Source of the DNA: Eledone cirrhosa
Lineage: Eukaryota
Reading direction: 5' to 3'
NCBI GenBank assembly: GCA_964016885.1
Contig: OZ024744.1
Span: 38,068,001 to 38,132,000 of the forward strand
Length of the DNA: 64,000 nucleotides
The position numbers and the translations under genes are program-made. The stretch's first letter is position 1. Each line of letters opens with the position of its first letter. The notes under the pieces were generated by a model. The model was not told the origin of the DNA, searched no databases, and saw nothing but the letters and a program-made list of their open reading frames with translations. This document shows positions 41,624-54,247 of this stretch, in pieces.

Positions 41624-41668
<45 letters not shown>

Positions 41669-41814
41669 TATATTCGTGTACATATATGTTTGCATACACA
41701 ATAACAAAATATAAACAAACGTATTTATTTCACGAAGCTCGATAAGGATAAATATATATCAAATATATAAGAACCCTGGAGAAAATCCCGAGCAACGCCG
41801 GGCCATTCTGCTAG
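39534..41814 (+). mobile_element. Probable non-autonomous Helitron with nested insertions
   Basis: 5' TCTATATATCTAAAG..CTCGAGAACCACCCAACCGATTT resembles Helitron-N starts; 3' CCCGAGCAACGCCGGG hairpin plus CTAG (41811-41814) then T. Pairing the two ends into one element is an inference. Confidence 0.55.
39972..41518. mobile_element. Insert bounded by approx. 143-bp inverted HHR-bearing PLE-type termini
   Basis: Arms approx. 39972-40115 and 41374-41518; GCT-CTGATGA-TTCC..GGAT-GAAAC-ACT-GTT-AGC at about 41423-41468. Confidence 0.7.
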
Positions 41815-41949
41815 TTTAATCTAAAGTTAAGTTTACAATATGAATATATTAATCGTTTTCCAGTTTCCACTCCATTTTGGTTGTTGCAATATTGGCAATT
41901 GAATGGTCCTGCTAATATTACTTATTCTTGTTCCTTTATTGCCATACCA

Positions 41950-42212
41950 AGTAGTGGTCGTTATGGTGGTGGTAGTGGTGGTGGTAGTGGTGGTAGTAGT
42001 AATGGTATTGGTGCTGGTGGTGGTGCTGGTGGTGGTGGTTGTGTTAGTGGTGGTGGTAGTGGTGATAGTGGTAGTAGTAGTAGTAGTGGTGGTGGTAGTG
42101 GTGGTAGTAGTAATGGTGTTGGTGCTGGTGGTGGTGGTTGTGTTAGTGGTGGTGGTAGTGGTGATAGTGGTAGTAGTAGTAGTAGTGGTGGTGGTAGTGA
42201 TGGTAGTAGTAA

Positions 42213-42252
<40 letters not shown>

Positions 42253-42515
42253 GGTGGTGGTGGTGGTGGTGTTGGTGGTAGTACTGTTGGTGGTGTAGGT
42301 GGTGGTAGTAGTGGTAGTAATGGTGGTAGTGGTGGCAGTAGTAGTGGTGTTGGTGGTGGTAGTGGTGGTGGTAGTAGTGGTGGTAGTAGTAGTGGTGTTG
42401 GTGGTGGTAGTGGTGGTGGTAGTAGTGGTGGTGGTGTTGGTAGTAGTAGTAGTGTTGGTAGTGGTAGTGGTGGTGGTAGTGATAGTGGACGTAGTAGTAG
42501 TAGTAGTAGTAGTAA

Positions 42516-42563
<48 letters not shown>

Positions 42564-42565
42564 CA
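41950..42565. repeat. GGT/AGT compound microsatellite
   Basis: Directly visible; contains small internal duplications. Confidence 0.9.
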
Positions 42566-42759
42566 AAAATTGATAGTAGCGTTTAAGATTGTATGTAGGT
42601 ACCATAACGTGTATACGAGAGAGGGGAGAAAGAAAGAGAGAGCGAAGGGGTGGGGGTCAGAGAGCGTGAGAGAGTGAGAGAGAGAAAGTGAGACAGAGAG
42701 GGAAAGAGAGAGAGAGAGAGAAATACAGAGAGAGAAAGAAAGATGGAGAGAGAGAGAGG

Positions 42760-42832
<73 letters not shown>

Positions 42833-43180
42833 GTTTTGTGAGTGTTGCTAGTGTTAACTGTAAATGCCAGACCTATATATAGAAAAAGCCTAATCGATAT
42901 TTTTGGGGTAGGTGTGTATATATATATATATGGGTGTGTATGTCTGTGTTTGGGTGTGCGTGCGTGTGTGCATATGTGTGTGTTCGAGTTTGTGAATGAG
43001 TGAGTAGTTGTTTAATGTTTATGTGTGTATGTGTGCGTGTCTGTCTGAGTGCCTGTGTGTTTGTGTTCCGCCAACTCATATGTGGCCATCTTGTGATACA
43101 TACATGTGTGCACGTGCTTATTTATGTGTACGTGTCTATGTGTATATGTGTTGGTGTGCGCCCGTTTATTTCTGTATGTG

Positions 43181-43261
<81 letters not shown>

Positions 43262-43416
43262 GTGTGTGCGTGTGTGTTTCCAAGTGTGTGTGTGCATGTG
43301 TATGTGTGCGTGTGTGTGTGTGCGTGCGTGTGTGTGTACGTGTGTGTGTGCGTGTGTGTATGTGTATATGTGTAGGTGTATATATGTGTGTATGTATGCG
43401 TGTGTATATGTGTATG

Positions 43417-43454
<38 letters not shown>

Positions 43455-43539
43455 CATGTATGTATGTGTATGTATATATGTATGTGTGCGTGAGTGCGTG
43501 TGTTTGACAGTTTCACCAACTCATAAATGACTACCATGT

Positions 43540-46500
43540 GATACGATGGAGTGGTGTTAGTGTGGTGTGGTGTAGTGTAGTGTAGTGTAGTGTGGTATAG
43601 TTTGGTGTGGAATGGTGTAGTGTGGTGTAGTGTAGTGTAGTGTAGTGTGGTGTAGTTTGGTGTGGAAAGGTGTAGTGTGGTGTAGTGTAGTCTAGTGTGG
43701 TGTAGTTTGGTGTGGAATGGTGTAGTGTGGCGTGGTGTAGTGTAGTGTGGTGCAGTTTGGTGTGGAATTGTGTAGTGTGGTGTAGTTTGGTGTGGAATTG
43801 TGTAGTGTGGCGTGGTGTAGTGTAGTGTGGTGTAGTTTGGTGTAATGTGGCGTAGTGTAGTGTAGTTTGGTGTGGAATGGCGTAATGTGGTGTAGTGTAG
43901 TGTAGTGTGATGTAGTTTGGTGTGGAATGATGTAGTGTGGTGTGGTGTAGTGTAGTGTAGTGTGGTGTGGTGTGTTGTAGTTTGGTGTGGAATGGTGTAG
44001 TGTGGCGTGGTGTAGTGTAGTGTGATGTAGTGTGGTGTAGTTTCGTGTGGAATGGTGTAGTGTGGCGTGGTGTAGTGTAGTGTGGTGTAGTTTGGTGTGG
44101 AATGGTGTAATGTGGTGTAGTGTAGTGTAGTGTGGTGTAGTTTGGTGTGGAATGGTGTAATGTGGTGTAGTGTAGTGTGGTGTAGTGTGGTGTAGTTTGG
44201 TGTGGAATGGTGTAGTGTGGCGTAGTGTAGTGTGGTGTAGTTTGGTGTGGAATGGTGTAATGTGACATGGTGTAGTCTAGTGTGGTGTAGTTTGGTGTGG
44301 AATGGTGTAATGTGGTGTAGTGTAGTGTGGTTTAGTGTGGTGTAGTTTGGTGTGGAATGGTGTAGTGTGGCGTAGTGTAGTGTGGTGTAGTTTGGTGTGG
44401 AATGGTGTAGTGTGGCCTGGTGTAGTGTGGTGTAGTTTAGTGTGGAATGGTGGAATGTGGCGTGGTGTAGTGTGGTGTAGTTTAGTGTGGAATGGTGGAA
44501 TGTGGCGTGGTGTAGTGTAGTGTAGTGTGGTGTAGTGTGGTGTGGAATGGTGTAATGTGGTGTAGTGTAGTGTAGCGTGGTGTAGTTTAGTGTGGAATAG
44601 TGTAGTGTGGCGTGGTGTAGTGTGGTGTAGTTTGGTGTGGAATGGTGTAATGTGGTGTAGTGTAGTGTGGTGTAGTTTAGTGTGGAATGGTGTAGTGTGG
44701 CATGGTGTAGTGTAGTGTGGTATGGTGTAGTTTGGTGTGGAATGGTGTAGTGTGGTGTTGTGTAGTGTAGTGTAGTGTGGTGTAGTTTGGTGTGGAGTGG
44801 TGTAGTGTGGCGTGGTGTAGTGTAATGTGGTGTGGTGTGGTGTAGTGTGGTGTAGTTTGGTGTGGATGGTGTAATGTGGCGTGGTGTAGCGTAGTGTAGT
44901 ATGGTGTAGTTTGGTGTGGAATGTTGTAATGTGGTGTAGTGTAGTGTGGTGTAGTGTGGCGTGGTGTAGTGTGGTGTAGTTTAGTGTGGAATGTTATAGT
45001 GTGGTGTAGTGTAGTGTGGTGTAGTTTGGTGTGGAATGGTGTAATGTGGCGTGGTGTAGTATAGTGTAGTGTGGTGTAGTTTGGTGTGGAATGATGTAAT
45101 GTGGCGTGGTGTAGTGTAGTGTGGTGTAGTGTGGTGTGGAATGGTGTAATGTGGCGTGGTGTAGTGTAGTGTAGTGTGGTGTAGTTTGGTGTGGAATGGT
45201 GTAGTGTGGCGTGGTGTAGATAGTGTAGTGTGGTGTAGTTTGGTGTGGAATGGTGTAATGTGGCGTGGTGTAGTGTAGTGTAGTGTGGTGTAGTTTGGTG
45301 TGGAATCGTGTAATGTGGCGTGGTGTAGTGTAGTGTAGTGTGGTGTAGTTTTGTGTGGAATGGTGTAGTGTGGCGTGGTGTAGTGTAGAGTAGTGTGGGG
45401 TAGTTTGGTGTGAAATGGTGTAGTGTGGCGTGGTGTAGTGTAATGTGGTGTAGTTTGGTGTGGAATGGTGTAATGTGGCGTGGTGTAGTGTAATGTGGTG
45501 TGGTGTAGTGTGGTGTAGTTTGGTGTGGAATGGTGTAATGTGGTGTGGTGTAGAGTAGTGTGGTGCAGTTTGGTGTGAAATGGTGTAATGTGGCGTGGTG
45601 TGGTGTAGTGTAGTGTGGTGTAGTGTAGTGTGGTGTAGTGTGGTGTGGAATGGTGTAATGTGGCGTGGTGTAGAGTAGTGTGGTGTAGTGTGGTGTGGAA
45701 TGGTGTAATGTGGCGTGGTGTAGAGTAGTGTGGTGTAGTGTGGTGTGGAATGGTGTAATGTGGCGTGGTGTGGTGTAGTGTAGTGTGGTGTAGTTTGGTG
45801 TGGAATGGTGTAGTGTGTCGTGGTGTGGTGTAGTGTGGTGTAGTTTGGTGTGGAATGGAGTAGTGTGGCGTGGGGTAGTGTAGTGTGGTGTAGTTTGGTG
45901 TGGAATGGTGTATTGAGGCGTGGTGTAGTGTAGTGTGGTGTAGTGTGGAATTGTGTAATGTGGCGTGGTGTAGTGTAGTGTGGTGTGGTGTAGTTTTGTG
46001 TGAAATGGTGTAGTGTGGCGTGGTGTAGTGTAGTGTAGTGTGGTGTAGTGTGGTATGGTGTAGTGTGTTGTGGTTTAGTGTAGCGTAGTGTGGTGTAGTG
46101 TGGTGTGGTATGGTGAAGTGTGGTGTGGTGTAGTGTAGCGTTCGATGGAGATACGATGGAGTGGTGTAGTGTAGTGTGGTGTGGCGTGGTATAGTGTTGT
46201 GTAGTCTGGTGTGGTGTGGTATGGTGTGGTGTGGAGAGGCGTGGTGTGGTGTAGTGTAGTGTGGTGTAATGTAGTGTGGTGTAGTGTGGTGTGGTGTTGT
46301 GTAGTGATTGTCGTGTGGTGGACTGTGGTGTGGTGTGGTGTAGTGTAGTGTGGTATGGTATGGTGTAGTGTGGTGCGGTGTGACGTGGCGTGGTGTGCTG
46401 TGGTGTAATGTAGTGTAGTGTACTGTGGTCTGGCTTGGTGAGGTGTAGTGTGGTGTGGTGTAGTGTAGTGCAGTGTGGTGTAGTGTAGTGTAGTGTGGTG

Positions 46501-46784
46501 TGGTGTAGTGTAATGCGGTGTGGTGTAGTGTGGTGTGGTGTAGTGTAGTGCAGTGTGGTGTAGTGTGATGTAGTGTAATGCGGTGTGGCGTGGTGTGGGG
46601 CGGTGTAGTGTACTGTGATATGGTGTAGTGTAGTGTGGTGTAGTGTAGTGTGGTGTGGTGTGGCGTGGTTTGGGGCGGTGTAGTGTAGTGTAGTGTAATG
46701 TGGTGTGGCGTGGTTTGGGGCGGTGTAGTGTAGTGTAGTGTAGTGTGGTGTGGCGTGGTTTGGGGCGGTGTAGTGTAGCGTTCG
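43540..46784. repeat. Pentamer-based satellite (GTGTA/GTGTG/GTTTG/GAATG) with approx. 45-55 bp higher-order unit
   Basis: Directly visible. Confidence 0.95.
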
Positions 46785-47047
46785 TGTGTCTGTGTTGAAC
46801 GTACATACATATCCTTTATTAAGTCAAAATTTCATATTCAGTTGTATATCTTTACAAACAGGAAGAGAAGAGGGAAAAAAGAAGGCGAGAAAAAAAATAA
46901 GAAAAGAAAATCAAGGGAAAATGAAAGGTGTGGGGTGGAGAAGGGGAGGAGAGAGTGCAGATTCTAGAATAATACAAGATGGCGAAAACCACGCTGCGTA
47001 GAACATACATTGTCTGGTGGCCAATAATCGTCTCCACTGACGGAAGG

Positions 47048-47449
47048 AACAACAACAGCAACAATAGCTACATTAAAAATAACAACAATAACAATAACAA
47101 CAACGACAATAACAAAATCAATAGTGGGAGCAGCCACAACCAGCAACAATAACTACAACAGCAACAATAACAATATCAACAGTAGCAGCTACAATAACAA
47201 CGGCAACAATAACAACAGCACATACAACAACAACAACAACAACAACAACAGCAACAACAACGACAGCACATACAACAACAACAACAGCAACAACAGCAAC
47301 AACAACAACAACAACAACAACAGCAACAACAACAACACCACCAATAACAACAACAACAATAACTACAACAACAACAGCAACAGCAACAGCAACAACAACA
47401 ACAACAACAACAACAGCAACAACAGCAACACACACACAACAGCAACAGC

Positions 47450-47490
<41 letters not shown>

Positions 47491-47703
47491 CTACAACAGC
47501 AACAACAACAGCAACAGCAACAACAACAGCAAGAACAACAACAACAAGCAACAACAACAACAGCAAAAACAACATCAACAACAACAACAACAACAGCAGC
47601 AACAACAACAGCAACAACAACAACAACAACGGCAACACTAACAACAACAACAACAACAACAGCAACAACAACAACAGCAACAGCAACAACAACAACAACT
47701 ACT

Positions 47704-47752
<49 letters not shown>

Positions 47753-47790
47753 CGGCAACAGCAACAACACCAGCAACAACAACAACAACT

Positions 47791-47843
<53 letters not shown>

Positions 47844-48326
47844 GGCAACAGCAACAACACCAGCAGCAACAACAACAACAACAACAACAACAACAGCAAC
47901 AGCAACAAGAACAACAACAACAGCAACAACAACAGCAGCAACAACAACTACAACAACAACAACAAAAGCAACAGTAACAACAACAACAACAGCAACAACA
48001 ACAACAACAAAAACAACAACAATAACAACCACAAAAACAACAACAAAAACAACACCAACAACAACAACAACAACAGCAACAACAACATCAACAGCAACAA
48101 CAACAACAACAGCAAAAGCAACAACAACAACAACAACAACAACAACTACAACAACAACAACAACAACAACAGCAACAACAACAACAGCAACAACAACAGC
48201 AGCAACAACAACTACAACAACAACAAAAGCAACAACAACAACAACAACAACAGCAACAACAGTAACAACAACAAAAACAACAACAAAAACAACAACAAAA
48301 ACAACAACAACATCAACAACAACAAT

Positions 48327-48357
<31 letters not shown>

Positions 48358-48952
48358 GCAACAACAACAACAACAACAACACAGCAGCAACAACAACAAC
48401 AACAACAACTACAACAACAACAACAACAACAACTACAACAACAACAGGAACAACAACAACAACAGCTACAGCAACAACAATAACAACTACAACAACAACA
48501 ACAATAACAACACAACAGCAACAACAACATCAACAGCAACAACAACAACAACGACAACAACAACAACAACAACAACGACAACAGCAACAACAGCAACAGC
48601 AATCACAACAACAATAACAACAACATCAACAACAACAACAACAGCAACAACAGCAACAACAGCAACAGCAACAACAACAACAACAACTACAACAACAACA
48701 ATAAGAACTACAACAACAACAGCAATAGCAACACAGCGGCAACAACAACCTCAACAGCAGCAACAGCAACAACAACAACAGCAACAACAACAACAACAAC
48801 AACAACAGCAACAGCAATAACAACAACAACAGATAACAGCAACAACAATAACAACAACAAACACAACAGCAACAACCACAACAACAGCAACAGCAACAAC
48901 AACAACAACAGCTACAACCACAACAACAACAACAACAACAACAGATAACAGC

Positions 48953-49008
<56 letters not shown>

Positions 49009-49051
49009 CCACAATAACAACAACAACAGCAACAACAACAACAGCAACAGC

Positions 49052-49120
<69 letters not shown>

Positions 49121-49141
49121 GGCAACAGCAACAACACCAGC

Positions 49142-49175
<34 letters not shown>

Positions 49176-49588
49176 GCAACAGCAACAGCAACAAGAACAA
49201 CAACAACAGCAACAACAACAGCAGCAACAACAACTACAACAACAACAACAAAAGCAACAGTAACAACAACAACAACAGCAACAACAACAACAACAAAAAC
49301 AACAACAATAACAACCACAAAAACAACAACAAAAACAACACCAACAACAACAACAACAACAGCAACAACAACATCCACAGCAACAACAACAACAACAGCA
49401 AAAGCAACAACAACAACAACAACAACAACTACAACAACAACAGCAACAACAACAACAGCAACAACAACAGCAGCAACAACAACTACAACAACAACAAAAG
49501 CAACAACAACAACAACAACAACAACAGTAACAACAACAAAAACAACAACAAAAACAACAACAAAAACAACAACAACATCAACAACAAT

Positions 49589-49619
<31 letters not shown>

Positions 49620-49669
49620 GCAACAACAACAACAACAACACAGCAGCAACAGCAACAACAACAACAACT

Positions 49670-49702
<33 letters not shown>

Positions 49703-49961
49703 GGAACAACAACAACAACAGCTACAGCAACAACAATAACAACTACAACAACAACAGCAATAACAACACAACAGCAACAACAACATCAACAGCAACAACA
49801 ACAACGACAACAACAACAACAACGACAACAAGAACAACAACAACAGCAATCACAACAACAATAACAACACCATCAACAACAACAACAACAGCAACAACAG
49901 CAACAACAACAACAACAACAACAACAACAACCACAACCACAACAACAGCAACAGCAACAGC

Positions 49962-50001
<40 letters not shown>

Positions 50002-50010
50002 GCTACAACC

Positions 50011-50077
<67 letters not shown>

Positions 50078-50330
50078 CCACAACAGCAACAGCAACAACA
50101 ACAACCACAACAACAGCAACAACAACAACAACAACAACAGCCGATAACAGCAACAACAACAACAACAACACTCCCCTAGCCGCCACAACATCAACAATAA
50201 CAACAATAACAACTATAACTTCAGCAACGTCATCAGCGTCATCAACACCACCAACACCATCAACAACACCACCAACACCACCAACATCATCACCATCATC
50301 ACTACCATCCATATCAACATCAACAACATC
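47048..50330. repeat. Compound (CAA/CAG)n array with a large internal duplication
   Basis: Directly visible; the order of rare variant triplets repeats between about 47840-48625 and 49118-49870. Confidence 0.95.
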
Positions 50331-50429
50331 AATAAATCAATAATAGACAGCTAAGCCTTCTTTATCTACTCTGTCTGTTCCACCAGAAATTGGACCAACA
50401 CCAACAACCTAATCACTTTAGTATGCAGA

Positions 50430-51270
50430 AACACACATACACACATACTCACACACACATACTCACACACACATACTCACATACACAAATACTCACATAC
50501 ACAAAGACTCACATACACAAATACTCACATACTCACATACACACACATACTCACATACACACATACACACATACACACATACACGCATACTCACATACAC
50601 ACATACTCACATACAGACATACACACATACTCGCATACACACACACACACACACACACTACACACACACATACATACATACTCAGTTACACACATACTCA
50701 CATACTCATATACGCACATACACACATACACACATACTCACATACACACTTACACACACATACTCTCATACACACTTACACACACATACTCACATACACA
50801 CATACACACACCTACCACATACACACATACTCACACACACACACATACACACACATACTCACATACACACATACACACACATACTCACATACACACATAC
50901 TCACAAACACACATGCACACATACTCACATACTCACATACACACATACACACATATACACACACACACACATACACACATATACACACATACACACATAC
51001 TCACATACACACACATACTAACATACACACACACATACACACATACACGCACACATACACACATACACACATACATTCATACATACACATACATACACAT
51101 ACTCACATACACACACATACATACATAACACACATACTCACACATACACACATACTCACATACATATTCACATACAGTTGAACATATACACACATCCACG
51201 TCCCGTCCACACACATATATGTACACACACATATATGTCCACACACATATATGGCCACACACACAGACAC
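50430..51270. repeat. (CA)-based compound microsatellite (CACATACT variants)
   Basis: Directly visible. Confidence 0.9.
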
Positions 51271-51313
51271 AAATATACAATCGGTCAGAGAACATTCACC
51301 ATTTCTCACATAT

Positions 51314-51369
<56 letters not shown>

Positions 51370-51382
51370 CTATCTATTTCTA

Positions 51383-52901
51383 GTAACCATGGTCGACCCT
51401 ATCGAACGCCTTAGATTGATCCAAGTTGATCAGAGCCCCACCAAAGCCAGGTTCGTTCCCAACCCTCTCTATGATGTATCGCATGAGGTTGAGTTTGTCA
51501 TGGATGGACCTGGACGGGATAGCACATGTCTGCGCATCTCCCACGAGGTTGCCCACGACAAGCGCCAACCTCTTTGCTAGCACCTTGCGAACACCTATAT
51601 AGCGTCCGTCATCTACTACCGCCTGACCGTAGTGCCCTGCCCAAGGGAAACCCTCGCCAAGATGGAGCGCGCGCTCTTCCAATTCCTTTGCAAAAGGCGG
51701 GCTCCCTTGGTGAGGAGATCCATCTGCTGTCAACACCCTTCGAAATGGGCTGGGGATGCCGTGGCTAATGATGCGTAAACACGCATTAAGGCTACGGTAC
51801 CTTCACGTATTCCTCACCGGTCAACCGGTGTGGGCCTCGTTTGTGAGACGAACCTTTCCCAGACTCGTCTCACTCACCGAGCTGCAATCCTGGGTCAAGC
51901 AAAGACCGAGAAAACTGGGCGCCTGGCACACTGAGTGTGCCCAGGCGCTCACCGCCCTCTGCAGGCGGATCCGGTTATCAGTGGAGACTCCACCGCAACA
52001 TTCTATAGAGGGCTGGTACGCAGCAGGTGCGACGACGCCCTCGGAGAAGCCCTAGACATGGAGGAGGACAAACTGGCCAGCCTGTTCGGTAGGACATTCA
52101 GCCCGGGACTTATGGACAACTTCCAGAAGTCCCTGGCCTGGCAGTGCTACCGAGGGGCTCTACCCGTTCGAGAAAAGCTCTACAGACACGGGCGCCCGGG
52201 TAGGGACCCCGCCAAAAAGATCTGTCCCAGATGCGTGTGCGACGAGGAAACCGTTGCACACGCATTGGTACACTGCTCGGGCGTAGCCGATCTGTGGGGC
52301 TATGTCGAACATCTGCTGTCAAGGGTGGGACCGATCCGGTTGACCACTAAGTCTATTGTAATGATCAAGCCGCCTCCCCCCTTCAAAGATGAAGGAGAGG
52401 CGGTGTTTCTGTGCGTAATAGCCATGGTGAAAGAGGTTGTATGGTGGACGCGTCTGAAAGGACTGAGGTCAGACACCTTTCTCTCTGGCCAACAACTGGT
52501 CCTTTCTTCCGATATCATTTCGGAAGAAGGATCAGGATGGAGAGAGAGGTGCTCCACCCCAGTCGTTTTTATGAAAGGTGGGTGAAAGTGGCGAGAATGG
52601 CCCGTGTGAATGGGCCTTCTCTTTGCATAAGCCTGTAGGTGGAAAAGAGGAAGGAACGAGGGAGCACCCCTCTCTGTGCTCCTGAGGAGAAGGGTTGCAC
52701 ACTTTTTTCGGGGGTGTTTGCGACCCCGCCAAGGCGCCTCCTCTCTATTGGGGATTTTGTTATAATTTTATTTTTTGTTATATTTTATTTTATTTTTATA
52801 TATTGTTATTGCCTCCTCCTTATTGAGGACGCCTTGTTTTGTAAACTCCCCCCATTGTACTTGTCCCACTTTTGATGCCCTGGTGGCAAATAAAAGAAAC
52901 A
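51383..52901 (+). mobile_element. L1/Tx1-like LINE 3' part with 5' inversion and 12-bp TSD
   Basis: Inverted RT piece 51383-51586 (LDQSKAFDRVDH); sense ORF2 C-terminus from 51587 with CPRC..EETVAHALVHC zinc motif; AATAAA at 52889-52894; TATCTATTTCTA at 51371-51382 and 52902-52913. Confidence 0.9.
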
Positions 52902-52957
52902 TATCTATTTCTATCTATCTCTATTTCTTTCTCATATATATATGTAGAAAAGCTTCT

Positions 52958-53003
<46 letters not shown>

Positions 53004-53220
53004 TATTTATGTTTATCCCGGGTTCAATGGGGGGGTGTAACCACACTAAGTAAGGTACTCAATACAAAGCAGAGTATAAATATTTAATATAGAAATGGCT
53101 TCTAGAGGACTAGAACTGTTTCATTCGGGAGAAATCATCAGGGAGCCTTGATGATTCCTCTCGAAAGAAACGGTTCTAGTCCTTAGAAGCCATTTCTCTC
53201 TCTCTCTCTCTCTCTCTCTG

Positions 53221-53246
<26 letters not shown>

Positions 53247-53251
<5 letters not shown>

Positions 53252-54245
53252 CATAGGGGTATATGTATATATTTAGACATAGTCACAGATACATACAGGA
53301 ATTTTGGTAAAGTTTATATGCATTTTTTCTTCCGTGTAGTTGATTATTTGTCTAGCCGATTTCTACGGGCTAAAAGGAATAACTAGGTAAATTGTATCTG
53401 ACTGTCCCTCGCGGAAGATAGTCTATATCATTCGTCTATTATTTCTTCATAGTTACATTTTAAACTTATAACCTCGTTTAAATGATTATTTATATAGTTG
53501 ATTTATACGGACTAGGGAGAGGAAAGACTGTGTATATTTTATCTAACGGTTCTTCAAACTTTTATATATAGCTGTGATTAACAATTATTTGCTTAATTAA
53601 TTCTTCATTGAGCAACACAGTGAAAGTTAGCCAACCTCATATATATATCTGTGACTATATCTAATTATATATATACCCCTTTGAATTTAATATATACTCC
53701 CGTAAGGTTGAGTAAAACTTTAGGCAGTAACTGGCTGCGCTTTCTAGCAACCAACCTACTCGCCGCCTGGCAACTAATCACAATGTTCTGCCTTTACCAA
53801 TAGTCACGTGATGATTCATAGCCATTTTTGAATTCATCTCTGGCGGGGATCACGGTAGAAATTTTAGTCCAAACTCGGGGTGTCTCTTGATGAGCTCCAA
53901 GCCTCGTAGATAAATCTAGGATCGGGTATATCCACAAAAAAGGAGCGAAACTGCCGTCAGTCGGGACTAGAAGAATTTTAGTAAAGTTTATATGCATTTT
54001 TTCTTCCAACTTATATTTTAGACCTAGCTCCGTTTAGTTGATTATTTGTCTAGCCGATTTCTACAGGCCAAAAGGAATAACTAGGTAAATTTTATCTGAC
54101 TGTCCCTCGCGGAAGATAGTCTATATCATTTGTCTATTATTTCTTCATAGTTACATTTTAAACTTATAGCCTCGTTTAAATGATTATTTATATAGTTGAT
54201 TTATACGGACTACGGAGAGGAAAGACTGTATATATATTATCTAAT
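53247..54245. mobile_element. PLE-type pseudo-LTR composite (inverted ends plus approx. 250-bp direct repeat)
   Basis: Inverted approx. 53247-53295 versus 53640-53688; direct repeat approx. 53299-53545 versus 53973-54244. Confidence 0.65.
53882..53967 (+). ncRNA. Type-I hammerhead ribozyme (C3U variant) with large loop 2
   Basis: GTCTC-TTGATGA-GCTCC-(43 nt)-GGAGC-GAAACTG-CCGT-CAGTC-GGGAC. Confidence 0.65.
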
Positions 54246-54247
54246 AA

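Noticed and set aside
41881-42605. Gly/Ser-rich 230-aa ORF resembling a structural protein
   Set aside because: GGT/AGT repeat open in several frames and on both strands; non-ATG start; no signal peptide or splice support
43531-46810. His/Thr-rich ORFs (HYTTP repeats)
   Set aside because: Consequence of pentamer periodicity on the C/A-rich strand; not codon-phased
47124-48617. Poly-Asn/Thr/Gln 497-aa ORF
   Set aside because: The (CAA)n array drifts between frames and lacks unique coding sequence
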